DNA of 61,833 nucleotides, counting the filler, from Chloroflexota bacterium (GTDB taxonomy: Bacteria > Chloroflexota > Chloroflexia > QHBQ01): assembly GCA_043754535.1 (NCBI GenBank). It is 7 parts of 7 records of this genome, joined end to end, with 100 filler letters (N's around TTAATTAATTAA, not from the genome) between each part and the next. Parts side by side here need not be neighbours in the genome. Positions count along the whole stretch, not along the records: positions 57,513 to 61,833 come from JAYUUN010000058.1; 6 more parts are not named here. One strand, 5' to 3'. The notes beneath the pieces are model-generated. The model made no database searches. It was not told the DNA's origin and saw only the letters and a program-made list of their open reading frames with translations. Below, piece after piece: positions 60,100-61,833 of the stretch (position 1 is the first letter of the stretch; the number at the start of each line of letters is the position of its first letter). The position numbers and the translations under genes are program-made.

Positions 60100-61821
60100 C
60101 TAGACCTCCATGATCAGCGGCACGATGATCGGGCGTTGGCGGGTCTGGGTGTAGATGTATTGGCCGAGCGACTCCTTGACCCGCCGACTGAGCAGCGGCC
60201 AGTCACCGTTGGTCGCGGTGTAGCGTTCCTGGGCAACAACGCGGGCTATCGTCTCGTTGATCCCGTTCAGCAAGGCGGCGTTCTCCTGGAGGGGGACGAA
60301 GCCGAGCGAACTGAGTTCGGGCGGGCCAGACAGGTCGCCGCTCTCGCTGTTGATGCGGATCGCCAGGCTGAGTACGCCATCGCGGGAAAGAGTCTGGCGT
60401 TCCTTCAGCACGTTGGGGTTGATGTTGCCAGCCACATTGCCATCCATAAAGACTGGCCCTGCCTGCACATCGTCCGCGATACTGGCCTTGCCCTGCGCGT
60501 CAAACTCGATCACGCTGCCATTGTGGGTGATGAAGATGCTCTCCTTCGCCCAGCCGGTCTCCGCCGCCATGCGCGCATACTGCACCAACATTCGGTTTTC
60601 GCCGTGGATCGGGATCACATAGCGGGGCTGCACCATTGAGAGAAAGAGACGGAGTTCGTCGCGGGCAGCGTGACCGCTGACGTGGACGCGCTCGATCTGG
60701 TTGTAATGCACGTCGGCACCCTGGGCGATCAGCGCGTTGATGATCTGCACAATCGGCACCTCGTTGCCGGGGATCGGTGAGGAGGAGAGGATCACCGTGT
60801 CGCCAGGCAAGATGTTGATGTGGCGGCTGTCCTTGTAGGCGATGCGCGACAGGACGGCGGTCGGCTCACCCTGCGCCCCAGTGACAACCACCACCACCTT
60901 GTCCAGCCCCAGATCGCGAGCCTGACCCACACGGATCAGGGTGTCTTCTGGCACCTTGAGGATGCCCAGTTCTATTGCTCGGTCGGTGTTGTTCTCCATG
61001 CTACGGCCCAACACTGCCACCTTACGCCCGTACTTGTGGCCCAGATCAAGGGCGATCTGCACGCGGGAGATCAGGCTGCCGAAGGTAGCGATGATGATGC
61101 GCCCAGCGGCCCGGCTAAAGAGGCCGTCCAATGTTGCCCGCACCTCCTGCTCTGTGGGCGTGAAACCGGGGTACTCGGCGCGCACGCACTCGCTCATCAG
61201 GGCCAACACGCCCTCGCTGCCAAAGCGGGTGATCGCCGCAAAGTCGGCCTGCACACCATCAATCGGGGTCATGTCCAGCTTGAAGTCGCCAGTGTGGATC
61301 AGAGTGCCGACGGGGGTATGAATCGCCAGCCCACAACTATCGGGGATGCTATGTACGATGTGGTAGAACTCGACGCTGAACGCGCCCGCCTGGTAGCGTT
61401 TACCAGTTTCGATCACGTTCATCGTCGCGCTGCCCAGCAGCTTGTGTTCCTTCAACTTATCGCTAACCAACGACATGGTGAAGCGCGAGCCGTAGATCGG
61501 GGCGTTGATGCGCGGCAAGAGGTAGGGCAGTGCGCCAACGTGATCCTCATGCCCGTGGGTGAGAAAGATACCACGAATGTTGGCCTTGCGCTCCTCAAGG
61601 TAGGTTACGTCGGGCAGCACCACATCTACGCCCGGCATTTCGCTAGTCGGGAAGCCCATACCGCAGTCCACCACGATGATGTCTTCGCCGTACTCAATTG
61701 CCATGATGTTCTTGCCAACTTCACCGAGACCGCCGAGGATGACCACCCGCAGCTTGGTGCTGGCTGGCAGGGGGCTGGTACCGCGCTGGCGGCTACGATT
61801 GCTATTGTTCGCTTGTGTCAC
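60100..61821 (-). CDS. rnj: Ribonuclease J
   Basis: LGGLGEVGKN, THGHEDHVG, HTGDFK, TGAQGEP, HVSGH. Confidence 0.96.
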   Translation of the reverse strand: MTQANNSNRSRQRGTSPLPASTKLRVVILGGLGEVGKNIMAIEYGEDIIVVDCGMGFPTSEMPGVDVVLPDVTYLEERKANIRGIFLTHGHEDHVGALPYLLPRINAPIYGSRFTMSLVSDKLKEHKLLGSATMNVIETGKRYQAGAFSVEFYHIVHSIPDSCGLAIHTPVGTLIHTGDFKLDMTPIDGVQADFAAITRFGSEGVLALMSECVRAEYPGFTPTEQEVRATLDGLFSRAAGRIIIATFGSLISRVQIALDLGHKYGRKVAVLGRSMENNTDRAIELGILKVPEDTLIRVGQARDLGLDKVVVVVTGAQGEPTAVLSRIAYKDSRHINILPGDTVILSSSPIPGNEVPIVQIINALIAQGADVHYNQIERVHVSGHAARDELRLFLSMVQPRYVIPIHGENRMLVQYARMAAETGWAKESIFITHNGSVIEFDAQGKASIADDVQAGPVFMDGNVAGNINPNVLKERQTLSRDGVLSLAIRINSESGDLSGPPELSSLGFVPLQENAALLNGINETIARVVAQERYTATNGDWPLLSRRVKESLGQYIYTQTRQRPIIVPLIMEV

Positions 61822-61833
61822 TTGACCTCCAAA

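Noticed and set aside
1..61833. tRNA or rRNA genes
   Set aside because: None recognised

Overview
The window is seven unlinked contigs joined by artificial 100-nt N/TTAATTAATTAA linkers: 1-14638, 14739-29263, 29364-34016, 34117-38761, 38862-52882, 52983-57412 and 57513-61833. Adjacency across linkers means nothing. The gene content (SLH-anchored SBBP beta-propeller proteins, YFxQTG/VQYFER repeat protein, GT-C glycosyltransferases, F420-type LLM, RNase J) suggests a GC-rich Chloroflexota genome, by inference. Recognisable genes: uvrC, rnj, cyclophilin, dynamin-like GTPase, an SDR/GMC/GH1 cluster, type III-A cas10-csm2-csm3, a PLD-SNF2 helicase, an IS701-like element, an orphan Rhs toxin-immunity pair and many pseudogenes. 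Best candidate for a new system is at 2350-8319. There an HTH-STAND ATPase-TPR regulator is flanked by two promoters with the same architecture (ACCAACAAACACCAACTTTTG-N14-CTACAATGGC). One drives a divergent surface SBBP-SLH protein; the other drives an unannotated 30-aa peptide with its own RBS and terminator, which resembles peptide-signalling cassettes. Also notable: a 3-repeat CRISPR array whose last repeat is fused to the 3' half of a lipoprotein gene; two repeat-35 bp-repeat duplications with CRISPR-like geometry, one directly upstream of cas10; and a deaminase-like Rhs toxin.
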